From Haliotis rufescens (Eukaryota): a stretch of DNA of 64,000 bases. Position 1 is the stretch's first letter; each line of letters begins with the position of its first letter. The notes under the pieces are model-generated. The model was not told the origin of the DNA, made no database searches, and saw only the letters and a program-made list of their open reading frames with translations. Of the stretch, positions 36,934 to 56,867 are shown piece by piece. The DNA lies in NCBI RefSeq assembly GCF_023055435.1, contig NW_025964334.1, positions 46,190,001 through 46,254,000 of the forward strand, in the 5' to 3' direction. The translations under genes and the position numbers were made by a program.

Positions 36934-37214
36934 CGGAGTTTCACTGTTCACTTTACAGTTAGATCTACTCCATTGCGTTAAATTGTATATGTATCAGGCA
37001 AAATTAACAATTTGTTTATGAATGGAAATATATCTACAGCGTCGATTTCCACTTTCACGAGAAATAATAACAGGAGACATTCTCATGTACGGGTTCATAT
37101 CACGAACAAAGCCGCAGGTGAACTGTCGGCCATTTCCTGCATATAACCAATGACAGTGAAGCTTCTTTAGTTATTCCACCAATCAGCGTTGTGGATGCAA
37201 AGAAAACACCGACA
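36934..37214. promoter_or_regulatory. Bidirectional promoter region TADA3/PIGV
   Basis: Probable TADA3 5'UTR donor (cttac at 36929-36933); CCAAT boxes at 37147 and 37179, 32 bp apart; PIGV ATG at 37215. Confidence 0.45.
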
Positions 37215-40200
37215 ATGGTTTATCTTGTAAGGTTGGAGCAAAAAGTCGAAAGTTTTGCATTGCAAACACGACTGATCATCTTATTTTTTCAGGTGAGTAG
37301 ATTTCTTTCATCCGCATGCACTTTCCTAAAGGATATTACCCATATTTAGTTGTGTTTTGTTGGATAGCAGGTGCTCACTTTGACCGGTGAATGAAGCCCC
37401 AGTACAATCCTGAACATGAACTACCTGTAGAAGTTGTCCTGCCGGGACTGACCATGCACTATGTGTAACATTTCGATATAGTTGACCATGAACTGTTGGA
37501 CCTTCACAGAAACTAAATATCAAAACAGTACTTTGATATCAATAAATATGTATGTGTCTTTTGAAACAATAAGTGTATTCATTCTAGAATAATGATTATT
37601 TTTGTAACCTTTTTTAGGATGGTTCAAAGATGTACATCTTTGGTTGGTTCAGTCACTGGACCATGTAACTAATATTCTATGCCAACAAACTCGCAGACAA
37701 GAAATGTATTCTATCTTTCAGGTGATCTTCAATGCTGTTATTCCTGACCATGATGCTGAAGTGTTCAACCCTCCAACATCCCCAACCCACAACCAGACAG
37801 CAGTGGACAGTATCTTGGACATCGGAGTGGGTGGACTCCGAAGATGGGATGCAGTGTACTTCATCCATGTTGCGGAGCATGGTTACATCTATGAGAATGC
37901 TGTAGCATTCTTCCCCCTATACCCAGTCATGGTGGGAAAAATCGCCGATGTTTTCTACTGCTTCTCATTTGCAGGTCAGATCATGTCCAAGTTAAACCTC
38001 TGCTTAATCATTGGCGTGGCGCTGAATGTCTACTTCTTCACAAAGGCAGCATCAACGCTGTTTCACTTGGGAGTCCAGGTTCTCAAAGATGAGAGATTAG
38101 CATACAAGGCAGCTTTGTTGTTCTGCATCACCCCAGCCAGCATCTTCATGACAGCTCCCTACTCCGAATGTCTTTTTACCTACCTCTTCTTCTCCGGACT
38201 CCTGGCTTTTGCCAGTGGTGACACAATGAAGGCAGCATTTTGGTTTGGACTAAGTGGAACTACACGGTCAAATGGCCTTGTAGCAATCGGGTTCATCTTG
38301 TTCAGGAGAGCTAAGGGGTTTATGTCCAGTATGCAACAAGCGACAAAAGCGAGATTTGAAACCATGATCGAAAAGGGGATGATGATGGCGTCAATGACAC
38401 ATCTGTATCTGACACCAGCCATTGTTGCGGTTGTGTTATGTGCTGGCCCGTTCTGTTTGTATCAATATTACATTTACAGAATATTCTGTTTGTCAAATGA
38501 TGCAGATTTACCAAATCACCTTGTTCGCTATGGCCGCTCCCAGAACTACAAGCTTGTGAGTGATGCTCCATCCCCATGGTGTTCACAGTTACTTCCCTTG
38601 TCCTACAGCTACATCCAGAAGCACCACTGGGGTGTGGGCTTTCTCCAGTACTATGAGCTGAAGCAGGTCCCCAACTTCTTGCTTGCCACCCCCATGCTGG
38701 TGCTGAGTGTGTGTGCATGCGTGTACTACTACAGGCTCAACACAGACTGCTGCCACAGACTCGGCATGGTACAGGAGGGACAGACCGACAAGAAGACAGA
38801 CTTACAGAAAGGAAACTTTGGCTTCAAGAACACCAGACTTTTCATCTATGTTGGTCATCTAGTGTTCATGACTGTCTTTGGAATTTTCTTTGTACACATT
38901 CAGGTGAGGTTTTTTAGGAATCTATTAATGCTCCTTGCATAGTATACATACATCTTTGCACCAAGAAATATGATCATTCCCATCAAAATCGGTGTCCATG
39001 GATTATTATCTCTGTGGCGTTGTTCATACCTGTTTGTTGTATCTACAACATGTACAAGCATGAAGCAAATTAAAATATTACCACCAAAAGATTTTATTAA
39101 GATTTCAAGCTAACTGCCTATGGAAAGGAAATGTGTAAAAGAATTTTTGTCAGTTCTTATATTCTTATAATGGGGTATTCTGACATTACATAAATCTAGA
39201 ATACTAAATGAGCCCCCGTGTAATACCAATTTCATGAAACGAGTGAATAGTTCTGGTATCTGACGAGCGAAAGCGAGTCAGATACCATAACTATTCACGA
39301 GTTTCATAAAATTGGATTTACACGGGAGCGAGTTTAGTATTTTATTTATTACTGGCCATTTATAACGTATTTAGAATTATACTGTTGAGTGTGAATAGGC
39401 TAACACCTACACGATCCACGGCATAATCCAACTGAGTTTAACACAGGTATACTTCAAATACGTCAAAAGTTGAAACGTATGAATTTAATACCATCCAACG
39501 GTCCACCTTTAGAATTCAGGCGTCCGTTCCACAAAATTATCGTAGCGTTAAGGTTATCGCAAATCATATACTTTAACTTAGACCAACGACTGTCGTCGCG
39601 CTACCGTACGATCGCTTTGTGGAACGGGGCCTTGCACCTCAAAGTTTACAATCACGTCACAATACCCGATGACGTAATTTGTGGAATTTTGTTGCAAGAT
39701 CCTTCGGTGAAACAATGCCATGTGACGTCAACCTAGCAACAAGGTTGCTGGGGTCATTCAGTGTGCATAAGCTCCTCTCAGTGATCTATCATCTCCACAC
39801 GCAATGTCGTTGAATAAGCGAAGGGATGTTGAGAGCTTTTAATATTTGTTCGTGAAACGTGTTCCGAGAGTACATAAGCACACGTTTTGGTATTACACAA
39901 TGTGTAATACATCTGTATGTTTATTAAACGGGTGATCTCTTCACGGGCAAGTAATAAATAGAGGATATTATATGAGTGTTCATATCATACTATGTTTAAG
40001 ACACAAGTGTCTGAATACCGGAAATTAAGCACGAGTGTCGTAAACATAGTATGACATGAACTCGAATATAATTTTCTATTTATTACCAAAGAAGATGTCT
40101 ACATACAGAGACAAATTATAGTGTTTACCTATAAGGACAGCAAGTCGCAACAGCAGTGGAAACACAATTTGTCAAATGACGTCAACAATCTCCATCTATC

Positions 40201-41352
40201 ACGTTGTTTCTAGTGTGACGTCATTCCAACTTCACAATAAGATTCAAATGATGTCAACAATGCTGTCCAGATGAATGAAATAATACACTGTTGTCTCGTG
40301 ACGTGATATGACCCTAGGGCACATATGATTTTGATGAACCTCGATATGTTTGCCCTCGTAGGTAATAAAATGCAATTACACAAGGGGTGTCTGAAAAGTG
40401 CTGAGTCTAACTACAATTATGTATAGTACACACTTAATATTTTGCATGTATTAAGTAAAATACTTTCCATGCTTACAGGCTGCATTTATCTGCAGGTATC
40501 AAAGTGACTATTGTTGATGAAAATGTACAAAATTGGCTTCTGTACTGTCATTAAGCATCTCCCACTGAAAGTGCTAACTCCAAACATCAATCCATACAGA
40601 CATAGTGTCCCCATTTGGGAATAATGCTCCTTCCTTTGATACTTGTGAGGTGGGCAGCAGAGTTCAAGAGGCGAAGAAAGAGCCTTGAAGATGGGGATAA
40701 TGTTGAAAAATAATTAGCCGCTAACTCCATCAATGCAGTCCATCATAGTTAGGCTCAGAACTTTTCAGCCACCCCTCGTATCAAACTTAGTCACATATGA
40801 AAATTTATATCACACTTATTTCATTAAAATTTATTATAACTTTTATTGGAATATCTTCATTGCAGACTTAAGGCCGAATATTGACCTCTGACTCTGAGAG
40901 TGCCTAGGTAAATCCCTGACATTGCACTTTGCTGTTGGGTTATTGATGTCAGCAAATATTATTATCGATCATAACCAACTTACATTTATTGATTATTATT
41001 TTTCTCAGCTATTCTTTGGACATTAATTTTATGTATATTTGTCTCTTAGATAATGACCCGTCTCCTTGCGTCCACCTCCCCTGTGATCTACTGGTTTGCT
41101 GCTCGACTCATCACGGAGAGGACCTACCATGACAACTTCTCCTCCAACCAGTACAACATCTTCTCCCCACAGAGAGTCCAGCGCATTGAGAAAGGGGCCA
41201 ACCTGCAGCAGGCTCAGAAGGGGAACCTGCTCATTGACCAGATCTCCGACTTCTGGAAGCAGAGCACCAACACTAAACTTGTGCTGTTCTACTTCATGTT
41301 TTACTTTGTAGTTGGGACAGCAGCTTTTGCCAACTTCCTCCCCTGGACATAA
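37215..41352 (+). CDS. PIGV: GPI mannosyltransferase 2, ~520 aa, 3 exons
   Basis: Exons 37215-37292, 37722-38903 and 41050-41352. Motifs: NAVIPDH, GLRRWDAVYFIHVAEHGY, AFFPLYP, PASIFMTAPYSE, RSNG, YSYIQKHHWGVGFL, QVPNFLLA, HIQ|IMTRLL, NFLPWT*. Confidence 0.95.
39198..39960 (+). mobile_element. Hairpin-headed non-autonomous element
   Basis: Foldback 39198-39343 with apex gacGAgcgaaagcGAgtc; body bounded by atttattact ... agtaataaat. Confidence 0.65.
39957..40370 (+). mobile_element. Second hairpin-headed element directly abutting the previous one
   Basis: Foldback 39958-40079; body bounded by tttattacc ... ggtaataaa. Confidence 0.6.
40379..40780 (+). mobile_element. Internally deleted mariner-like element
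   Basis: ~30-bp TIRs (aaggggtgtctgaaaagtgctgagtctaac / gttaggctcagaacttttcagccacccctcgta); internal remnant ...APSFDT..RWAAEFKRRRKSLED, typical of a mariner transposase N-terminus. Confidence 0.7.
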
Positions 41353-43664
41353 TTACCCAATTACTGCGCTGCCATGTTATCTGCCATGTTATGGCTGCAT
41401 CACAAACACTCATCTGTACTGCTAGAGAGGGTGCTATGTCTTGTCTTAGTATGAACATGCTTTGGGTGGGATGGTTTGTCCCGAGGTCTTGACCTACATG
41501 TGATCTTAGCACAAGTATGCAGTAGTAGGAACTAATTATAATATCTGTACAGGAAAACCTTCCAAAATGAAATACCGGTAGTTTACGCAATATTGATACT
41601 GTATCGTCATATAATAATATCATTCAGCCATAGGACTACTTCCTGATTGTAAGTATGAAATGGTCAGCTGTAGACTTAAGACAGATTATCAATTTATCCA
41701 GTTGTAAATGAAAGTCAATTACCAAAGAAGTGTTAAGCATTGATCTGAGGGTTATAAGTATGATCTCACATGAAAGTATTTGTAAATGGTGTTTATCAAG
41801 CGTAAGGTTCTTAATATTTTTTATACTCTGAAATTATATGATTGAGATAGTGTGACAAAATGTGTGTCAACCACACCGATGATGGCAAGACATCTTTGTG
41901 TAATTCAGACTACTCTTATTAGTACTTCCAGACAAGTATTCCAACAATGAATCTGTTTCATCCCTAGTGTTTTGAGGTACTGATAGTGACAGTGCCAATC
42001 TGTGAGGCACAACTTGCTAGAATTATGCACAGCAATAAGGTGTTCATTGCAGATATGGGCTTTTATCCACGATGTACTAGCAACATTAGAAATTAGCACT
42101 GGTCCTATAGTCCTTGCCAAACTGCCAAACAGTTAAGGTATCATAAGGACTAGTAGAAATTAGCCATTATTAAGGGTTTATTCTATATGTTATCATTATA
42201 AGGACTAGTGGACTAAAACAGATAGTTTCTATCCCTGGTACTAGTAATACCTGGAGACAAAAGAAGTCTTCTGATATTCAGTGTATTGGTACTATGACAT
42301 TTTATGAGTCAATGGTCATTGTTCGAAAGGCAGCTATTATCATGATTGTTTCACTTTTAGATATGAATAGTACCATATTCCTCATTGTGTGTCCATCTGC
42401 ATTATTTCTTGCTGGTTTGATCAGGGAAACTTTGTTGGTGATATCAGGAAAAATGTTGGAATTTTTCACAAGTTTAGATTTTGAAAAAATTAATATTGTT
42501 TCATGTCTAATATTGGCAAACAGATGTGTTTTATTTAACCATTATAACACTTTTAGGTGGTTATGTCCAAAAAATGACCCAGGGAAAATAAGAAATCCCC
42601 CCCACCCCCACACCACACACACACACTCTATTAGGTGGTCCATTATTAGGTCTAGATTTACATAATTTTATGCATAAAGATATGTATTTCCAACAAGAAC
42701 ATATACAAGTGTTTATTCACACAGCAGACAACATGACCTGCTCAGATTTACTCACTCATCAATCTACATGCATGACAAGCTGTGTGATGTATGAAAAGCA
42801 GCCCTGTACTCAAGGCAGGGCAGCGGCCACACACTACCTCACTGTGTGTCTCACGCTGTCAAGTGGAATACTGGAGTGTTTCAAACATTTTAATTTTGAG
42901 ATTGTCATCATTCTAACATTACCATGTTTTTTTAATTACCTGTAGCTTTTTTATGTTTATGTGTGCTGTTGTGTATCTGCTGGCCACTCATGTAGTGAGT
43001 TTTTAGATGGGCAGTTGTGTGATGATAATCACGATTGTCATGCCGCCATATTTAGTTATATGATCATGCTATTAGTGATCAGTATCAAAAAGGGCAAGTA
43101 TACAATCCTTTTAAAATGCCATGAATAATTGGCCTACTTTTAAGGTGCCATCAATATATTTTATAGAATACAAATAAAGAGTTCCATGAACAGTTCTCCA
43201 AGATATTTGTTTTTTGTCACAAAAGCAGAGATTTTATAATTTGACAGCTTTTGAATAGTAGTTATATCAAGGGTATTAGTTGAATATGGGAGAAAATTCA
43301 AATGTGAGAAATTATACCGTCTGTTCTTACCCTTACTAGAGGATCATGTCAATGATCACAAAATTCTAATGAAGAAATTATGTTTTTAGACATGAAATTA
43401 CAAAGCTGGTATTTCTAGTTAGATCAATGATTATAATTCAATAATAACCCATTTTCATTGCATGATCGTGTGTAATGGAAAATAATTGTGTAAAAGCGGG
43501 TTGACAGACTATGGTATTGGTGCAAAATTGATTTGGTGGTTCACACGTCACTATAGAGGCACCTGATCTGTTAATTTCACTCGTCCACACCATGGAAACA
43601 TGGTAAACACCTTTATCCTGCAAGAAGGCACACAAGAGAGAGTGATCTGCGTGTAGACTTAACG

Positions 43665-44094
43665 AGGTAGGCACAATTTTATGGATAACTTCTTGAATAC
43701 TGTAAAAAGCGACGTTTTTTTTATTTCATTATAAGAAAAACTAACAGAAGCAATCCACCGCAACAAGTCATCAATCAACAGAGATCAAGGCTATTTCATC
43801 CCATCCGCCTACTCTGAACTCATCAAGCAATAATCACTTATCCTGTTTAATTGGCTTCCACCTATGTTTTCTGTCCATCGTGTTGTGACAGTATTATCCC
43901 CTTGTTGTCAACACCTTACCTATGTTATCCCACTCATATATGCAATTGTTGTTACTGTTAATCCTGTACCTACTATATATATTCTGTACTAAGTCCCTCA
44001 TTCAGTCCTGCTTGACAACGGTATAAGGATCTATACCAAAAAGTCGCTTTTTACAGTATTAAAGAAGTTGTTATCCATAAAACTGTGTCTACCT
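43665..44094 (+). mobile_element. Penelope-like element 3' remnant with inverted terminal repeat
   Basis: ~50-bp inverted repeats at both ends; internal frame EAIHRNKSSINRDQGYFIPSAYSELIKQ* resembles the C-terminus of PLE GIY-YIG endonucleases. Confidence 0.6.
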
Positions 44095-45555
44095 TGTAAT
44101 CTGTCAACTTCTAAGTAATGCCTATCAAACAATTTGTAGAATTAAATTCAGTGTACCATGTCTGGGTTGAGCTTGGACACATGGTCACAGAAACAATCTT
44201 GTACCATAAGATCTTGGAACTCTGGATAGAGCTCTCATTTGGAAGGGGAATGTCACACCTCAAAAGTATTGTATTGTCAATTACTGAAAATGAGGTTGGT
44301 AATAATTAGAAAGTATTATTTCACCACTGAAAATCAGCCACCAACACTCCAAATATTTTGAATTCATAGTTGATAATAAAATATAACATGTTTGAAACAA
44401 CAAAACAAAGCTGAACATTGTAACAGATTTATTCTGAACATGAGGTCATGTGCAATGATTTATTTTCTTCAGGAATAGCACAACCACACGTCGTAACACC
44501 ACAGTGATGAAAATCTGAACTATGTTACAATCCAATACAAGTTTTCCTGGCATTTGTCCTGAAAATTCATTTTACAATAAACATGGTCACCAGTTCTTAC
44601 ACACCATCTTCACGGCTACCACAAGCATGGCTGACCCTGAGACCACATCACGGGCAAAGAACACAAAACATTTCACCACTGCGGCAATTTACTTGATAAG
44701 TTATCATGATGATAAATGGTTTGTACAGACTGGTGACACAAGGCAGCTAGATATCACTTGCCCAGGTGTCGGGAATACTATTTACAAAAGATTACCAAAA
44801 ACGGCATGTTATGAAGTGATTGATTGGTTAGGGCATCACAAATCCTATTGGCTTATCACAGTCCCATGCAAAAAAACAAGATGTTAGAGATATCTATGTG
44901 CTTACATAGCTAAAAGGGCTACCTACAGGTGCTCTGTACACCTTGACTGCAAGGGGCCTATTTATGTCATGTTTGTATGCAATGTAGTGGATGCATGTCA
45001 TAGAATATGTAATATTTGGACACAAATGTTGACTGGGACAGACAGAAATAATGCCCCTTCTTCATGGAAGACAATGTACAGATGTATTGACCAGTTACTT
45101 TTTCACATACGACCTTCAGCGACAGAAATAGGTTTCTATAAGAAAGCACAAAGTATTACACAAAACCTATGTAAAAGAAAAAATACCCAAAACAAAAACC
45201 ATCAAAAATATTTTTTCTCTTTTCTCACATGTTGATAAGAATCCATAAGGAGATGTCTACGAATCGACCAAATATTCCAGCACTTTCTGTAATGCACATG
45301 TGACTAAAGCACTTAAACTGACATATGACATTACTCTGCAATAACAGTAACCCAGATCCACATTGAGACTCCTATTTGATAAGCAAGCAAAGTTGATCTC
45401 CTGGTGTAGTACATGCGATGTCAACTCGTACCCTGTGCAGAGCAACAATATCAATGTGCTTCACTGCTGCAGGAATGCTGCATTGCATGGTGGGACTGGA
45501 GCTTGGTCACGACGATATCGAGTCACTCAGTCAAGGACTGAACACTGTCTCATGT

Positions 45556-53850
<8,295 letters not shown>

Positions 53851-54202
53851 TCTGGACTTATGGCACCAAACTTTTTGCTCTTCAAATAATTTTCTACCTC
53901 TCAAAAATAAGAAATAATCGCCTCAATCTTCCCCTTGTCACTCTCTGGTCATCGTCATTTCAAATTTGCCTGTTCTCGGTTGTTGTGAGTGCGTCGTAGC
54001 TGATTGGTTGATTCTTGACAAAATGGTTTTGATTGGCTGTGATAACCGCCATTAGAAAGGACAAGAGCAAGCACGTTTCGAACTTTGACCTCAACTTTGA
54101 ACTTTGTAATTGTAACATTCGATTTGATTGGAAAACACACAAGCGGCGGACCAATCCATTTAATCGTTACTTTTGAAGCACGGGAAACTACTTCCGTTCA
54201 AA
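53851..54202. promoter_or_regulatory. Bidirectional promoter PLK1/PINX1 with CHR-like and CCAAT elements
   Basis: 352 bp between the start codons; TTCAAA (CHR TTTGAA on the minus strand) at 53959-53964; ATTGG near 54003, 54032 and 54127; CCAAT at 54151; YY1-like CAAAATGGCG over the PINX1 ATG. Confidence 0.55.
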
Positions 54203-56831
54203 ATGGCGATGTTGGCTGAACCTCGACGTAAACAAAAAATATCGATAAATCCTCAAGGGACAAATTGGAGTAATGGTGTGTAACTACGATCAAATACTGT
54301 TTTTGAGAACTGTTACTTGTATCATGTCTGATGCCACTACCACAAAACACAGATCGAGAAAACTGCCAAAGGCATTTGACCACGTGGCCCAAATCATAAG
54401 GATATCGTTAGGCCTATGTTGTGCAAAGTAAAGGTGCTTCGAGAAGTGTGTGTTTTTGTGATATATGACATCATTAGGGTAATAAATTGAAAATGCTGAA
54501 ATAACGTGACGTCTACGAATGTATGTCTGATTAATACAATGTCTGATTGATACAGCTTCTCATTGTTTATTATCAGCTGTGTCCCAGCAAGTGCAATCAA
54601 CAACAGAGGGTGGGGATAACCGAAGATCGGGTTATGTATCTATAATACTCGAATCGTATCATAAATATAAATACAACTAATTTTCGGTATTTACTTCATT
54701 TATTACTTCGTTTACGATTCGTTCACAACCTGTTCAACATGTCATTTGAGTGTAACATAAAAATATAAAAATATCACTTACATATTATTAGAGACAATTT
54801 CCTCTCATCAGAAATGAATATTACTAAAAAATAATAGTTTTATGAAAATTCAGGCTAAAAAACGATAGGCTGTTTTGGTCATATTTTGAGTTGTTGGGTG
54901 CAGGCTAAGACGTTACCTCAGCAAAACGTCATCTGATCAAATTTACTAATTGTTGAGGGAAAACGGCACCTAATATTTTGAATAACGATAAGGGTGATTT
55001 ATTTAGTAGTATATAAATACACATAATAAATATGTCACTTGTTTATACTAAGTTAGTTCATCAGTCTGGGTTTTTTTATATTCTATTGTAACCCAATGTC
55101 AGAGTTCATGAAATCAATCACCTCTTCTATAACATCTTACACAAAGGAGGGGGAAGTCTTCTTCGATGCTGCTTATTTGGTGCTGGCTTGAGGGTGGTTT
55201 ACTTAGGGTATTTAGTGATGGCAGTGTTCCATGTAGCATAGCACTCTGTCATGAATCTTAAACTCAGTTTCAGCTTGACATTGAGTTAACTTGAGTAAAG
55301 GTACTTAAAACTTCAAAGCATGTGCTGTTTTCAAAATAAAGTAAGTTGCGAATCCCTTGTAGAGTCTGCAAGTAAATTGGAGTAGAGACTAATTTCTAAT
55401 GTTGTAAGGCGACTAACATTTCAGAATTATTTGCAACTGCATGTGAACATGTGTGTTTTGTTTTATTTATTTATTAGTACTGAAAACCAAGTCTTAAGGT
55501 TAAAAAGAAAATAGGTGCCATTTTAGCCTGGCAATAGTAGCCGTTTTTACATCAGTCAAAGTGCTTTTTTCGCCAATTCAGTGGTTGCACAATGTGTAAC
55601 CTGCTTGATTGTGTTTTGTTGTGCCCAAATACTGTAGTCATGGTATCAACCATGGAATTGCCTGTTTGGATTTGATTATTTGCAGACTCTCATTATGTAG
55701 CTGGAATATAGATGAATGTGACATATACCGGTAATAACATTCTCTCACACACTTGATCTTACCTTGCCCAACACAAACCGTCCCTCTTTCTTCTCTGATG
55801 CCTCCTCAGGCCCCTGTGTAGCTGTTGTGTCACTATTGTTGGAAGCTGCTTGGATCAGTGTTGCCAGATTGAAGCTTTTCTTTTCACAGTCCATTATTTT
55901 CATGCTATCTACTGACCATACAGCTCTACAAGGTGATTTTCCTTGTTCTGACTTGGTGTAGCCAAATGATTTAAGTTTCTTTTCAGCATATGGTTGAAGT
56001 TGTATAAAAGGTAACACAGCTTTTGTTTCCTGTCTTCCTGGTTTTACCAGTTGTTCAATCCATGGTGTAAATTGAACAAGGCTCTTGATAAGTGTGATTG
56101 TACCCTCATCAAGATGACCAATTGTTTGAGCTTCAAGCATTGCTTGAATGTGTGTCATGAACAGACCTACTTTCCCCTGTAGCAGAGGAGGATGTGGTAT
56201 GTCTTTTGAAAGTTGAGTAAGAGAAGATTTGAATTGAATGCATTCGGTGAATCCTGTAAGTGATAATGGAGCATCTGGATGAGATATGCTAGGCAGTATG
56301 GCCTCCAGTTGCCAGGCTCCAGAGCAGGCAGTCAGGGGTTGATGTGGGTGAGCCAATGGTGCAGTGAGGGAGACCAGCGTGTAGGGAGAAGCTGTTGCTG
56401 GCTTGGGGAGGAGTTGTTGCTCTGCTCTGAGCATGGCCTGTGTGCTGTGTGATAGTTGCATAATGGTGGTCACCTCAGGAAGGTGTTGAGACAGAACCAA
56501 GACTTGTCTTCCTTGTTTGGCAATACATGTAGTGTGCTGGAACTGACCATCAAGGCAGACTATATGCTGTTGTTGGCTTTCTTTGGTACTCTCTGTAGAG
56601 CAACAACAGCGTTTGATCCCAGTATTACATATTGGTTGGACCTCAGGACTTGGGGAAATATTGGTACATTCTGTAGAGGGTACTTTCTGTTGGACCTCTG
56701 TTTCCAAGGGAGATCTGATGCCATTTATTGGTACTATTTGAGAAGCTTGGTCAGTTTTGTTGCTTGTGTATTGCTTGGCCATGCATGACATTTGAGTGTC
56801 ATCACTTGAACTATTGAATGTTGCTTGAAAG

Positions 56832-56867
<36 letters not shown>

